Source of the DNA: Zootoca vivipara | Lineage: Eukaryota | Assembly: GCF_963506605.1 (NCBI RefSeq) | Contig: NC_083276.1 | Coordinates: 83,390,001-83,454,000, forward strand | DNA length: 64,000 nucleotides | Direction: 5' to 3' | In this document: one piece after another, positions 51,139 to 63,919 of the stretch | How the letters are laid out: each line of letters opens with the position of its first letter | Position numbering within the stretch: the first letter of the stretch is position 1 | Program-made: the position numbers and the translations under genes | Notes under the pieces: model-generated | Databases searched by the model: none | Seen by the model: the letters and a program-made list of their open reading frames with translations, nothing else | Told to the model about the DNA's origin: nothing

Positions 51139-53050
51139 CTAGAACAAGAGACAAAACACACTTACGTTGGGAGAGTGAGAGAGAACACTTGCTGCCCATA
51201 ACACGGGCCAGGCCACATCAGGCTAATCTAGCATCTACCTAGTTGAAAACTACAATGGAAAGTCTCCAGGTCGTCAAAGAATGCTGCTGTTTTACAAACC
51301 AAGACCTTTAATGTGCAGTTTGCCCATGTCACATCATATTGAAGCCGTGTTTGTTAGAACTTGCTTCCACATGAGACAATACTTCTTTTTCTTTTTTATT
51401 GTGAAGACATGCCTGTACAATTCCAGCTGCTCAGAAACGGTGCGACACTATGAAAATGAAGTGAAGTACTGGGTGTAGACTTTAGCATCTGAAAAACCTC
51501 AAATCTCGTTTTTTTTAAAAAAAAAACCTGTTGAGTTTCTTCTCCATATGGTCACAAATACAATCTTTAAAATTTGCAGGCAATGCCAGAATAGGGGGAG
51601 AGTAGACAAAAAAAAGCAGGCTTCTATATTTCCGTCCCTTCTCAGAATTATACCAGACCCAGGTATACAAAAAAGTAAGTATACGCATATTTGCTTGACT
51701 GTTGCAAGAACTAGAGTGCAGAATTCAACAGTTCTTGACCCACAGTTCTATTATTTGTTTTTTAACCATGGAGAGCACATAGGCATGGTAATGCAGAATA
51801 ACTGCAGAAACTGAACACAAGACTTTTCACTTAAAGCAAGGAGCCACAATGGAAGCCCTTATGAGTCACACCAGATCTTCCAAGACTCTTTATAATCAGT
51901 GCTCTTTAATCTGCATTCTCCCCACTATCCCCACCCTCACCACTTCTGATCGTATCTTTTTATCATCTGCTTTGGGTGACAGCATTTAAGAAAAAGAGAG
52001 AAATATGCCTATGTGAGAGGATTGTATTATAAAGGAAACTGTGGTGGCTGTTACTGGGAGGAGCATGTACAGGGAGCGACCCAGGAGTAGTAGTGGGTTG
52101 TGTAACCATCCAGTTGAAAATTTAATAAGCACTACCAGTTGTGCACGAGTCATAAGGACTAATGAATTATCTGAGAGAATGTTAACAAAGATCCAATATC
52201 CACCCAGCAGAGGGAGACAGAGATACAGCATTGTATTCAGTCTGGGAAGTTGCACTCAGGAACATACAGCTCAGAAGCTGACCAACTCTTCTAAAGTCTG
52301 GCTTTCAGTGTGGGTGAGTGGGTGCGGAGTGGGCCTGGGCCAACACAGGGGAAAAACCTACGACTTTACCCCCTTGCTTTTCTTTCAACTGGTTGAGGGC
52401 TAGAAACTTGCATGTCTGCATATACAATGAAAGCAGATATTCTAAAAAGCAACAGTCTGTACTAGATGCTAAATACTGCTATGCACATCATGCAGAATGT
52501 AAGCAATTATGCCATCTGCCATCGGCACACATTTTGAAAACACATTGTTTACATAAGCAAACAAAAGACCAAAAGGAAAAAAATACAGCTATAAGAGGGG
52601 ATGTGGACAGCGACAGCAATAGCACTTATCACCACTGAACATGATGTAAAACATGAAGAGCTATCTTTATATTAGAGGCTATCAGCAAAACATAACTGAC
52701 AAAGAAGTTTGGTAGTATCTGTTGGATAGTCTGTCATTTGATATGGACCTCATAGTGCCTTGACATATTTCTCAAATGAAAGACTGTTAAAACACACACA
52801 GAAAGAATGAATAACTCTAAGCAGTGTAGCAGCTGCAACATATTCTGCAGCTGGTACAAACCAGGAGCATGTCAGCCAAAGCACACATGGTCTTTAGATT
52901 CCTCCCCCCCACCCCAAAGAGATGGAAATTTTATATTAGAACTATACACAACACAATTTTGTGCTTATGTATTCAAAATACATCCTGGTATGTTCAATGA
53001 GGCATACTCCCAGATCTGTACGCACAGGACTGCAACCTTGGATCCCAATA

Positions 53051-53445
53051 CAGTGGTACCTCAGTTTAAGTACACAATTGGTTCCGGAAGTCTGTACTTC
53101 CCATTGAAAGTAATGGAAAGTGGATTAATCCGTCCCAGACAGTCCGCGGAGTACTTAAACTGAAGCGTACTTAACCTGGAGCGAACTTTCCCATTGAAAG
53201 TAATGGAAAGTGGATTAATCCGTTCCAGACGGGTCCACGGAGTACTCAACCTGAAGAGTACTTAACCCGAAGTATGAGTGTAATTGGTTCTGGAAGTCCG
53301 TACTTAACCTGAAGCGTACTTAATGTGAAGCGAACTTTCCCATTGAAAGTAATGGAAAGTGGATTAATCTGTTCCAGACGGGTCCGTGGCGTACTTAAAC
53401 TGAAAGTACTCAAACCGAGGCGTACTTAAAACTGAGGTATGACTG
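53051..53445. mobile_element. Tc1/mariner-type MITE with internal tandem repeats in CHURC1 intron 3
   Basis: TA|CAGTGGTACCTCAGTTTAAGTAC ... GTACTTAAAACTGAGGTATGACTG|TA; three copies of TTCCCATTGAAAGTAATGGAAAGTGGATTAATC. Confidence 0.85.
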
Positions 53446-53533
53446 TACTTCTTGCATCTTAGTGACACAGAAACATAAAACAAAAACAAGCAAACAAGTT
53501 ATAGGAGACTAATGAATGTCACAAGCGTTTTAC

Positions 53534-53604
53534 CTGGTAATCGTCCACTACACTGAAAGTATATTCGTGCCTGGCTATCACATGGTGACAGTTCTTACAT
53601 ACAT
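53534..53604 (-). CDS. CHURC1: Churchill, coding exon 3
   Basis: cag|(H)[23 protein letters not shown]|gtaaa; 71 nt, ends in phase 0. Confidence 0.96.
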
Positions 53605-54910
53605 CTGAAAGGAAAAACAACAGATTTAGAAAAGATCATTAGCTTGGCTAGCAGGACCACTTAGGCCCCAATCATGCTCATGCTCTGAATCAATCCCTCG
53701 TTTCAAAAATATATTCGCCCAGTTAGACAGGAATCCAAAGGAAGACATTTGTTAGTCCAGCCACACACATAAGGATGTGGGGGTGCACATCCATTATTTA
53801 TGCTTTCTCATACTGTGTTTACTTTGCTTTTTCTATCACTACCACTGTCCAAACTGACAGGAGAGAAGCTGCACATACGTAGCTACTATAACAACACCCA
53901 TCCAGCTAGAAGCAACCATTGTAGCAGCAGTAGCTACGAAAAAGGAGAGTAGGAACACAGAGGTATACAGAGAAGTTGGGAGGGGGAAACAGTGCAGTTT
54001 GACACTTGGTTGCTCATTTAAAATTGTTTAAATAGCCAAGTGGCAAAATCCAGAAAGATACATCTAATCTTAGAATGATGTTCCAAAAGAACAAGTTTCT
54101 TTTCACTGCCACGGCTGCTGAACACGGTTGCTTTTTACAGCCTTTGCAGTTAGGTAATTAATTTAATCACAACTTAAATCTTTCACTGCCATCACAATTT
54201 TATGACAAATTTATTTAGAAAATTTTACATCTCTACATGACTCGAAGATGGCTGATTTGGTTTCTATAGAGTGGCACTAGCCAGATAACACAAGAGAAAT
54301 ACTGGTTCATTCATTCAATCATCACCAAAAGATGCATGCATTACATTTCCAAGCAATTTCACTGAAGGGGGGGGGAGTTATTGGGTTGTTGTTGTTTTTA
54401 TTTTGATTATGTATTTTGTGGTTTTATATTTTGATTTCAGTCTGTGAATTGTCCTAAGACAGATTATATAGGGCAGTATATAAATTCAATAACAAAATAA
54501 AGAAACAAAATAAATAAGCAGCTTTCAAGCATGGTGAAAGAGATGGGGATAGAAACTATTCTAGGAAGCTAGAGGAAATAAATAAGAGGAGGGCTGGTAG
54601 CCAGAATGGCACTGCAAGAGACAGATTTCCCCCAAGAGCCAGATAGAAAGAAATGGGAACATAGGTTTTCTTTCAGCAGCAGCCACAATTCTGAGAGAAT
54701 CTGGTCATGTAGTTACGCTTACAACTGAGAATGACTACCTCCATCAGCTGCAAAATGTATCCTGGTGAGCACCATGTCACAGTGGATCACTACCACCTAT
54801 TTGAAAATGTAACCATCATAAAAAGTGCTTCTTCAACACACAGGCTTCTGGAATGGGCCTCTTAAGCCCTGAGCACGTCTGTACAGTTGATAAAAGTTCA
54901 GCCTCCTTAC

Positions 54911-55046
54911 GATCATAAGTGATAATTTCCTCTCCATCATCATCTTCTGCTACTTTGTTTGTTATCAACACGAAATCCTTTTTTTTACATTCAATGCAAC
55001 CCACGTAGTTCATCAAATAGGAACCATTCTCCAAGCAGGTGTTACC
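54911..55046 (-). CDS. CHURC1: Churchill, coding exon 2
   Basis: tag|[45 protein letters not shown]|gtaagg; 136 nt. Confidence 0.96.
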
Positions 55047-56019
55047 CTAAGGCATTCAGAAGAACAAAATTATTATTGTGAAACCAATGCTCTCTTCTTA
55101 TAACAGCTTCATTTAATCATCAAATTATGCAATACATGGGAGTTCTGCAACTAGAAAATGTGTTTTTTTCTTTTTTAAAAACCAGCAATGGGGTGATTTG
55201 ATTCAGGGCTACACAGTTTCCCATATATAAATCCCTTCATTAGCAATGAAGTTGGAACTTAACAGACACAATTTATATGCTAGGAGTAAAATCTAGTTTT
55301 GCTCTAACAGAGGATGTAAAAGTTGTTAATAGCATGACTGGGCCTCTCCAATTCTAGTTTTAGGCTAACCGCAAACATTTAGTGGTCTTAGGCAAGCCAC
55401 TGACTTTCAGTGCCAATGCCTGTCTGTTTCCCTCCAGCCATCCACATAGATCATATGGGGCTAGTAATACTGAATTACTTTGCACACATATTCTCAATTA
55501 TCCTAACATAATATATGTAAATATATTCATAAATTATAACCTAAAACCACTCTGTCACCTGTAAACCACAACCCTAGACACTTACTGGGTTCTGCGGTGA
55601 GGCTTTTCTGGAATTTCAAATGTTCTCAAACTGTCACTCTCCAGACATTTTGGACTACAATTTCCATCATCCATGACCACTGGCCCTGTGGCTGGGGTGA
55701 TGGCAAACAGCTGGAAAGGCTAACTTAGTTGTACCCTGCTGACAGGAAACTGGGGTGCAGCCACCACCCAAAATACCGCCATTCAGTATTCTGCACGAAT
55801 ATGATTACAGTAGTCATTCTCAACGCAATTCCACCCACCTACTCTGAATCTGACTTCCTGCAGCTGCCTGGGGCATCGGATGTCCCAATTAAAAGCGAAC
55901 AAATCATTACCAAGGTGAAGATATTGGGTGGGAACAGTATAGCACCGAGGAGGGGGCGCGGAACAGGCCTTACTTTGTAAAAAGTGGGTAGAGGTTAGGA
56001 CTGTCGGCTGCAAGTCACA

Positions 56020-56820
56020 CCTTTTGACCTGGAAGCCCCCGCTAAACCCCCGTGTGCGAGAGTGGGCTGTAGCTGCCCAGATCTAACGGAGCAGCACTTC
56101 CGACGGGCTCAAGAGGCGAGGCCCGCCTTATATTAAGCCAATAAAGGAAGAAAAGGGACACGATGGTTTCATGGCAGCCTGTAGAGGGGCGGGTGCCAAG
56201 CTGATCAGGAGCAAGCCGGGGGCGTGTCATTTTCGTGAACCTGTGGAGAGAGACGCCATTAAAGAGAGGGCGCCTGCTGCCCGCCCCTGCCTCCGCCCGC
56301 TCCTTACCCTCGACGGGTACTCGGTCTTCACGCAGCCCCCGCACATGTTGCCTCTGCAGCTGCTTCCTTGTTCCGCGCGTCCCCTGACGTCACAGTCCAC
56401 GCGAGAGACAAGAAGGAAACAAACGAGACTTCCTCGGCCCGACTGCGAACGTTCCTCTCTGGAGGAGTCTGGGCTGTGGGCGGGGCCTGTGGTTGAGAGG
56501 GGAGGCGGGGTTTGCAGGTGCGCGGAGCTGAGGAGGAGGTGAGGTCATCTTTCGGGCGCGGAACGTTGTGCGGTGCCTGGCGGCGGTGCGAAGGTGGCGT
56601 CTTAACAGCAGACCCTGATATCCCCAACCCCACCCTTGCGCCGCGCAGCCTTTTTGCGAACTATGTTTTCTTTACTACCCGCTCGTAACTCGAGTAAAAT
56701 ATATATAATGGAGCTTAAATGGGACCTAGGTGTATGTACTGCTGCAGATAAAATAACTGACTCGCCCAAGGGTTACGTACCGGTATTTCTTATAGGTAAC
56801 CACGGCGCGCGCCTCAGTGT
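56020..56820 (-). promoter_or_regulatory. CHURC1 CpG-island promoter
   Basis: CpG-rich; palindromic CRE TGACGTCA at 56385-56392, ETS-like ACTTCC near 56428, GC boxes near 56477-56510. Confidence 0.75.
56308..56346 (-). CDS. CHURC1: Churchill zinc-binding protein, coding exon 1
   Basis: MCGGCVKTEYPSR|gtaagg, matching the Churchill N-terminus MCGxCVxxEYPxR; lies in a CpG island. Confidence 0.95.
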
Positions 56821-59800
56821 TTTCCCTCTTTTGTAAAAAGGGAACTGTTGGAGGCTTTCAGTCACAAACCTGACATCAACAAATGGCAACATCTAGATAA
56901 CCAACATCCGATGGCGAGTCCGTTGCTGATACGTTTATTTTATTTTATTTTATTTTATTTAAGTCCCCATGTCTTAAAAAATATAAAAAGTCTTCAGAAA
57001 GTTGGTTCCAGTCCAGCACTAAACTGCTGAACGAGAATGTATCAGTTCATTAATTCTATCCAGTACAGACTTAACACGGACTGTGAGACAGCAATCCTAT
57101 GCATTTACCTCAGAAAAAGTCCCACTGAACTCTGTGATGAATAGAAGAGGATAGTTTTGTGATTCCCCCCCCCACACACACACAAAAAAAGGGATACAGT
57201 ACAACAGGGGTAGCCAACATAGCGCTCTTCAGATGTTGTTGAGACTACAGTTTCCATCGTCCCTGACCACTGGTTGCGATGGTCAGGGCTAGTGGGAATG
57301 GGAGTCCAACTAATCTGGTGTGTACCATGTTGGCTAATACTGCAGTACCATATGCAGTGCGGTCCCTATATAATATACACAACCTGCAATAAGACCCACA
57401 AAACATGTAAATATACTTCCAATGTACATACCGGTACTTCAAAGAACAAGCACATAAAAACAGGACAAATGGATAATAATACTTTGGGACTGTGCCAGTG
57501 ACACTACACATAGCCTATTCATTCACAGGGGTGGTGGTGGAGACATGCCCCCAGCACACACCCCAGCATCACAACACACAAGATGGTGCGACGCCACAGT
57601 ACCCCACTTTATCAACTCTGGTGGTGCACAGCCTTCAATGACCCTACAATTGACAGTCCCTAGGCATTCCTACACACAGGTTCAAATCCCCTTAATGCTC
57701 CTCACATGGCCACTGTTTTGCAAGCAAACCACAAAGAGGATATAGAAGAAGGTGCACAAAACAGCATCCACAGAGATTCCTGGATGGAATGCCTGCAAAG
57801 AGACCTCCCTGGGACAAGGATTCAAGTCCCACACAAGCAAAACACTCTTTGACATGCAGCCAATGGGAGAGGCCAGGATACACAATGGCAGCCGCAGCTG
57901 TGGGGTTTGCTCCATAGGATAGACCAGGAGTGGCTAACCTATGGTCCACAAGCTGTATCTGTCACACACACACACACACACACACAAACACCCAACTATG
58001 TACCAACTATGTACACCATAAATTTATAACTGGGTCAATGTGGCCCTGGCTCAAAAAGGATAAAGCACAGATCTGGGAAGTAGGATATAAAAGTTTAATC
58101 CCGACCAGAAGAATATGGGTAACATGCTCCCATTACCCTCTTCCACAGCCTCTTAAACAATGTAATGCCAAGACAAAAGAAGGGGTGCTCCCAGCACTCC
58201 AAATAATCATACAGTACTACAAGCATCAAAGGCTAGCTCCCTAACACTCCAACCACTGTAATCAGACACATTATGAGGCATTTGTCTCCATGCACACTCC
58301 AAATACCTAAGCAACATTACCAGGCTCAGAGGAGAAGCCATGGTGTGGCTTATCTTTTAAATCTTTTAAATACTTTCTATTTATCATATTTTTATCTCAA
58401 CTTTTAGACAATTATTGTCTCTCAAATTGGGTTTTATTAATTTAAAAGAGAGAACTAGAGAATGTGCTTGTCGTCATGCTTATAAACTAAAGTCGCTTCC
58501 AAATGATATATTTATTGAGGATTAATCCGGATTTATTTAGGGGTAGATTAGATTTATTGAGAAATCATTCCAATTTATTTATGGGAACTTAATATGAGGT
58601 TGCATCAAGCAAATGTTATCCCACAGAAAATTACCTCATGAGCCAAATTGGGACTTCTGGTGGGCCAAGTCTAGTCCTGGGCTGGAGGTTCCCCACCCCT
58701 GTGGTAGACCTACTGCACAGGTCTTACTTCCAGGGAAACATAATCCAGGCATAATAAAATTTAACACCTGCCTCTGTTAGCTTTTCATAGGAAATCAAAT
58801 GGTCTTATGGTGCATTCTGCTCAAGGTTTGTATTACAAAATGTCTGTTTCATAAATGCCAATACTGAAAAAAATGAAGGTGGTTAACTTTGTGCTCTTCT
58901 TCTGAAGACCTACCGGTACTAACTTATTCCCAGTTTTCCCCACCCCTGCTTTTAATTACCCTTCTCCCACACATTGTTTGAGTGTTAGTTTAAGTGGAGT
59001 TTCCTGGAGCAATTGCAGTGCTTCAGCCAGAGCTGTTGTCTGCTGATGAGTTTCACAGAGTTTGGCTAATAGACATTCACTGCCAGATGTTAATTAAGCA
59101 AAAACAAGTCAAGCAAATAAAAATGCTGAGATTTTAGGCTTCCAAATGCTTGCGTTTGAGGTTGGTTGGTCACAGTAGTTATTTCTTAGGGGCAATTCTA
59201 TCCTGTAGCTCACATTAAATTATTTTGATAATTATGTAGTAGCACATTAGTTTTCCTGAAGGATTTGCTATCTATGAGTGAATAATGCAGAAAGTGACAT
59301 GATAGAACAGAACAAGGCAGTCTAACATTCCCATCAGCACTGGGGCCCAGTTGTCAGATGTGCAACATATTGTGGACTAATCTGGTGGACATAGGGTCTC
59401 TGCACGTTACCTAAAGTTTGAGACTTTTATCTTCCACATCCACACCTCTTAAAATGGAAGGAAAGTATGCACTAATGTTAATCCATTTCAAATTGTGAAC
59501 TGGTCCCAAAACTGTGAGGATGGGGTGTGTGTGGCAAAACACTCGAGATTCCTGCAGTTAGATCTTGAATGCATGGATTCCTGTTCACATTCAAGTTAAA
59601 TAAAAATATATGGATTTAATGGTGATCTTGTTTGATTTAAATTAACACAGATATGGTTGGAGTGACATGCCATGACAACAGGCCTGTTTCTTCAAACTCA
59701 AAGGTTCAAGGTAAGCTATTTATTAATATTACAATAAATAAAAGCAACAGAAATTAAAGAGTAGGATCACAGCTAGAAGTACAAAAAAATTAATTACAGG

Positions 59801-60753
59801 AAATCAAAATAACTATTTCCCAAGCACATACGCACACCCAGAATCCTGGGAACTGTAATTTACCCTTCACAGAGCTACACTTCCCAGCAACTACAGGTCC
59901 CAAGAGGGGGGGGGGAGAAAGTGCTTTAAAGGTATGGTGCATACGCAGCCCTGGAATAAGCCAATTTAAGTCAGTGGGACTGTTGCTGAAGAAAATGTTT
60001 GATGATAGCATCTTGACTGACTTTAATATTGCCATATAAATCTGTTTAAATCAACATTGTTTTGTTTAACTTCATTGTGCATTGAGTTTTGGGTACTTAC
60101 TTTGAGTAGGTATCAGAAACTAGTGTACTAAGAGGGTCACTTTGAGGGCTATCAATTTAGGCACAATCCAATTCTATGCATGTTTACTAAGAACTAAGGC
60201 TGCAATCTTAATCCCATTTACCTGGAAGTAAATCCAGTTGAATTAAGTCCTACTTACTTCTTCTGAAGAGACATGATTCAGATTGCAGCTATTGTTTAAT
60301 GAGACTTCTCTCAAAGTAACAGTGCACAGAACTGCAGCCCTCTTTTCATTATAAAAGTGAAAGAAGTTTTGACAAAGTATAGCCTTCCCATTCTGTCCAT
60401 TATTTAATTGAAAATGTCTGTGCTTCCTTAGGGCTAGGCAAATTGTTTTTGAGTCATTCTGCAGTGCTGTTCTGAAATATATCTTCAAGGAAAAAAGCTA
60501 TACAGTACTAAATGTCATATTTGAAGCATTTCTGACATTTTGTGCTTTTGACTCCAGGCTATATAGAAGAGGACAGAGACATCAATATTAGCAAATAGCC
60601 TGTTTCCACCCCTTGTTACTGTGCAGCAGCAAATCATAAGTCATACAAGTTATATTTTTTATTAAAAACATCTGGAGCAACCTCTCAGCTCGCTACAGCT
60701 CCCATAGCACCTTCAGTTTACAGAGCAGCCAGAAGTACAATATAATCAGCTCC

Positions 60754-61341
60754 ACAACAAACCGGTAGATTCCTATATGCTGCAGCCTTCATCATTGCTG
60801 CAGCAATGATTCTTCAACATCAACTTCGTTGGAATGGTCATGTTGTGCGGATGCCTGATGATCATCTTCCAAAGCAACTACTCTATTCCAAACTTAAAAA
60901 TGGAAAGCGTAATGCTGATGGTCAACAAAAGAGGTTTAAAAACTGTCTCAAGGCAAATCTTTAAAAATGTAGTATAAACACTGACATCTGGGAAACCCTG
61001 GCCTGAGAGCGCTCCAGTTGGAGAACAGCCTTTATCAAAGGTGTCATGGGCTTTGAAGAAACTTGATCTCAGGACGCAATGGAGAAACGTGCTAAGAGGA
61101 AGGCACGCTTGGCAAATCCACACCATGATCAACTCCCGCCTGGAAACCAATGTCCCCACTGTGGAAGGATGTGTGGATCCAGAATTGGCCTCCACAGTCA
61201 CTTACGGACCCATTGTTAAAACCGTGTTTATGGAAGACAATCCTACTTGGCTACGAGTGATCGTAGAAGAAGAAGAAGAAGAAGAAGAAGAAGAAGAAGA
61301 AGAAGAAGAAGAAGAAGAAGAAGAAGAAGAAGAAGAAGAAG
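60754..61341 (+). mobile_element. RTE-clade LINE 3' fragment with a long (GAA)n tail
   Basis: Encodes QLRWxGHVVRMPD..LPKQLL and a C-terminal CPHC...HSHLRTH zinc finger; tail at 61265-61341; TSD ATAATCAGCTCC (60742-60753, 61342-61353). Confidence 0.88.
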
Positions 61342-61464
61342 ATAATCAGCTCCTTTGACAAAGTAAGGGTAGAGTACAAATATAACTAACTTAAGTACAT
61401 GTTACAAACTATCTCTAGCCTTACCATATTTGTTACCTTCAACCATCTGCTCGGGCCATTAACA

Positions 61465-61608
61465 AAAATAAAATTAAAAAACTCATTCCAGTAGCACACG
61501 AAAGCTCATACCAATGACAAACTTAGTTGGTCTCTAAGGTGCTACTGGAAGGAATTTTTAAATTTTGTTGAGACTGCGTCAGACCAACACGGCTACCTAC
61601 CTGTAACA
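61465..61608. mobile_element. Penelope-like terminal-repeat fragment in inverted arrangement
   Basis: TTCCAGTAGCAC...CGAAAGCTCATACC...GTTGGTCTCTAAGGTGCTACTGGAA; related fragments at about 7920-8000 and 62620-63050. Confidence 0.55.
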
Positions 61609-62639
61609 AAAATAAGTTCTACCTGAGAGCAAGTGCAGCTGTGCAACGGTTTTGTTCTTTTTTACTCTGAAGGAAAAAAAGTGAGAGTCTAGTAGTGCAA
61701 GCCTATAGTGTCTACTCAGAATTAAGACCTACTAAGTTTAGTGGGGTTTACTTCCAGTTAATGGAGTGCACCCGAAGGCTCAAACTGTCTTCCAACAAAT
61801 GGATCAACTGCCCTGGGAATTTGCTTGAAGGGGAGGAGAATATGCCTATAATAACAAATAAAACAGCCATAGATCTTGCTTCTCCTAATAAACAGGAACA
61901 CCCCCCAATTAAACATCAGATGTAAATGGCTGTCCCATTATGAAAGTCCTTGCTATACTGGAGTGGGCCTCATTCACCAAATAGCTCACACAGTTCTACA
62001 GGTCTGAAATAGCTAGCTAGCTAGCAAAAGCTCTTGCCACTATTTATCTTGGGGCAATCTATCCAACTTTTCATACTAAGTGGGCTGCTAGAGTACTTTG
62101 ACACGGAACCCACAGGCCACACACTGCCTTGTCATATGGTGAGGCTAAAAATGAACACCCCCACATAGCGCTGCCTTTCCAAAGTCAGCTAAGCCAGCCA
62201 GGCACCAGGCTTGGGGAAAGAGGCACAAGGCTCTGGCAGGGCCCCTAGAGCCCTCATACCTCCTTCCCAAAGTTGGAAAAGAGCCAATTAGGCTTTGGGA
62301 AGGAGGAGGGAGGACTCTGGGACCCTGTCAGAGGCCTCACACTTCCTTCCCAAAGCTCAGAGCCTCACTTAATCAGCTTTAGGAAGGCAGCCCAATGTTG
62401 CCAGAGTACTGCCAAAAAAGGTCTTGTGGGGTGCATGCATTGAACTGCCCTGATTTATCCTATCCACAAGCTTATTTGTCCATGATTTTGTATGTTTTCA
62501 ATTCTAGAATGCTAATAAAGGTAGCACTGGGTTTAGAATCAGTGCCTATAGACCACAACTACAAATATTCTGAAGAGGAGTATCTAATCATAGTTCAAAT
62601 AAATAAAAAAATTAATAAAAATTTGTCCTGTAGCACCTT

Positions 62640-62943
62640 AAAGGTAAAGGGACCCCTGACCATTAGGTCCAGTCATGACCGACTCTGGGGTTGTGGTGCT
62701 CATCTAGCATTATTGGCCAAGGGAGCCGGCGTACAGCTTCCAGGTCATGTTGCCAGCATGACAAAGCCGCTTCTGGTGAACCAGAGCAGTGCACGGAAAC
62801 GCCGTTTACCTTCCCGGTACCTATTTATCTACTTGCACTTTGACATGCTTTCGAACTGCCCCGTCGTGGGGATTTGAACCGCCGACCTTCTGATCGGCAA
62901 GCTCTAGGCTCTATAGTTTAACCTACAGCGCCATCTGCGTCCC
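62640..62943 (-). mobile_element. Sauria SINE inserted into a Penelope-like fragment
   Basis: Reverse complement of the 38013-38370 element, with small deletions. It interrupts GTAGCACCTT|AGAGACCAACT. Confidence 0.85.
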
Positions 62944-63919
62944 ATAGAGACCAACTAAGTTTGTTCTGGGTATAAGGTGCTACTGGACAATTTTTAAATT
63001 TTTAAATTTATTTTGACTGTGTCAGATCAACATGGCTACCTATCTGAATCTATTCATAGTTCCTTATCAAGATTTATTGTCTACTTATTGCAAATATATA
63101 GTGTATGACTTTTTTGCCTCAATCACACTGTTGTACTAATCTGAAAGAAAATATTTTGGTATTATGAGATTGCTGGTTGCTAGATAAAGATGTGCCTCTT
63201 CTTGATTGATCTTGTGGGGCAAGGCACTCACACAGTCCACAAGCTCATGTCCTGGATACTGGTGTAGATAGGAACACAAATGGGACTACTTTGGCTGCAG
63301 GATACTAAGATGCTGTCTATATGATCTTGACCAGTGGTGGCTGACTCCAGTCTTGGAAAGTCTATTTAAGTTCCTATAAAACTAAGAATGGAAAGACGGA
63401 CAGTCATCTGTGAATGAATGATTCTTTATGCTATGAGATAATCCTGCATTAAGATAGAACAATTGGACAATGTAACAAACAAAAATGAGACATTAGTAGA
63501 AACGAGACAAGTTTGAATCTGAATTGGGACAATATGAGCACTGTACACTTTTTCTTTTTGATGACCTAAATGACTGAAGCAAAGAAAATGCTGCAAAGGA
63601 TTTAATGAGGAAATTATGGAGTGATTACAAATAGTGTTAATGGAGTGAAGCTTGAGCTAAATGATCTCCTGGGGTTTCCCTTTCAACTCCATGGTTCTAT
63701 CATTGTAAGACTGAGGTCTTTTAAACTGATTAAACCAGTTGGACTGCTGGAGATTGTGTTAATGACCCAGGCAAGTAACTCCTTTCTTATAATGATGGCT
63801 GGTCAATAGCCCTAGCCTGTTCTGAGTCTGGAAAGAAGGAAGCCTCTTTTACACCTCACTCATGGGGGTGGGGTGTGATTGGTGTAAGCAAGGGGAAGGG
63901 TGGACAATAGATTTGGAGA

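Noticed and set aside
53051-53445. CRISPR-like repeat-spacer pattern
   Set aside because: Eukaryotic DNA; the intervening segments are themselves repeats and the unit is bounded by Tc1/mariner TIRs and TA TSDs.
61041-61358. Poly-glutamate protein ORF
   Set aside because: Translation of the (GAA)n tail of an RTE LINE.
61465-61608. Hammerhead ribozyme in a Penelope-like terminal repeat (also about 6360-6420, 7920-8000, 26900-26965)
   Set aside because: At most the GAAA half of the core survives; the CUGANGA half is missing, so no intact ribozyme can be supported.
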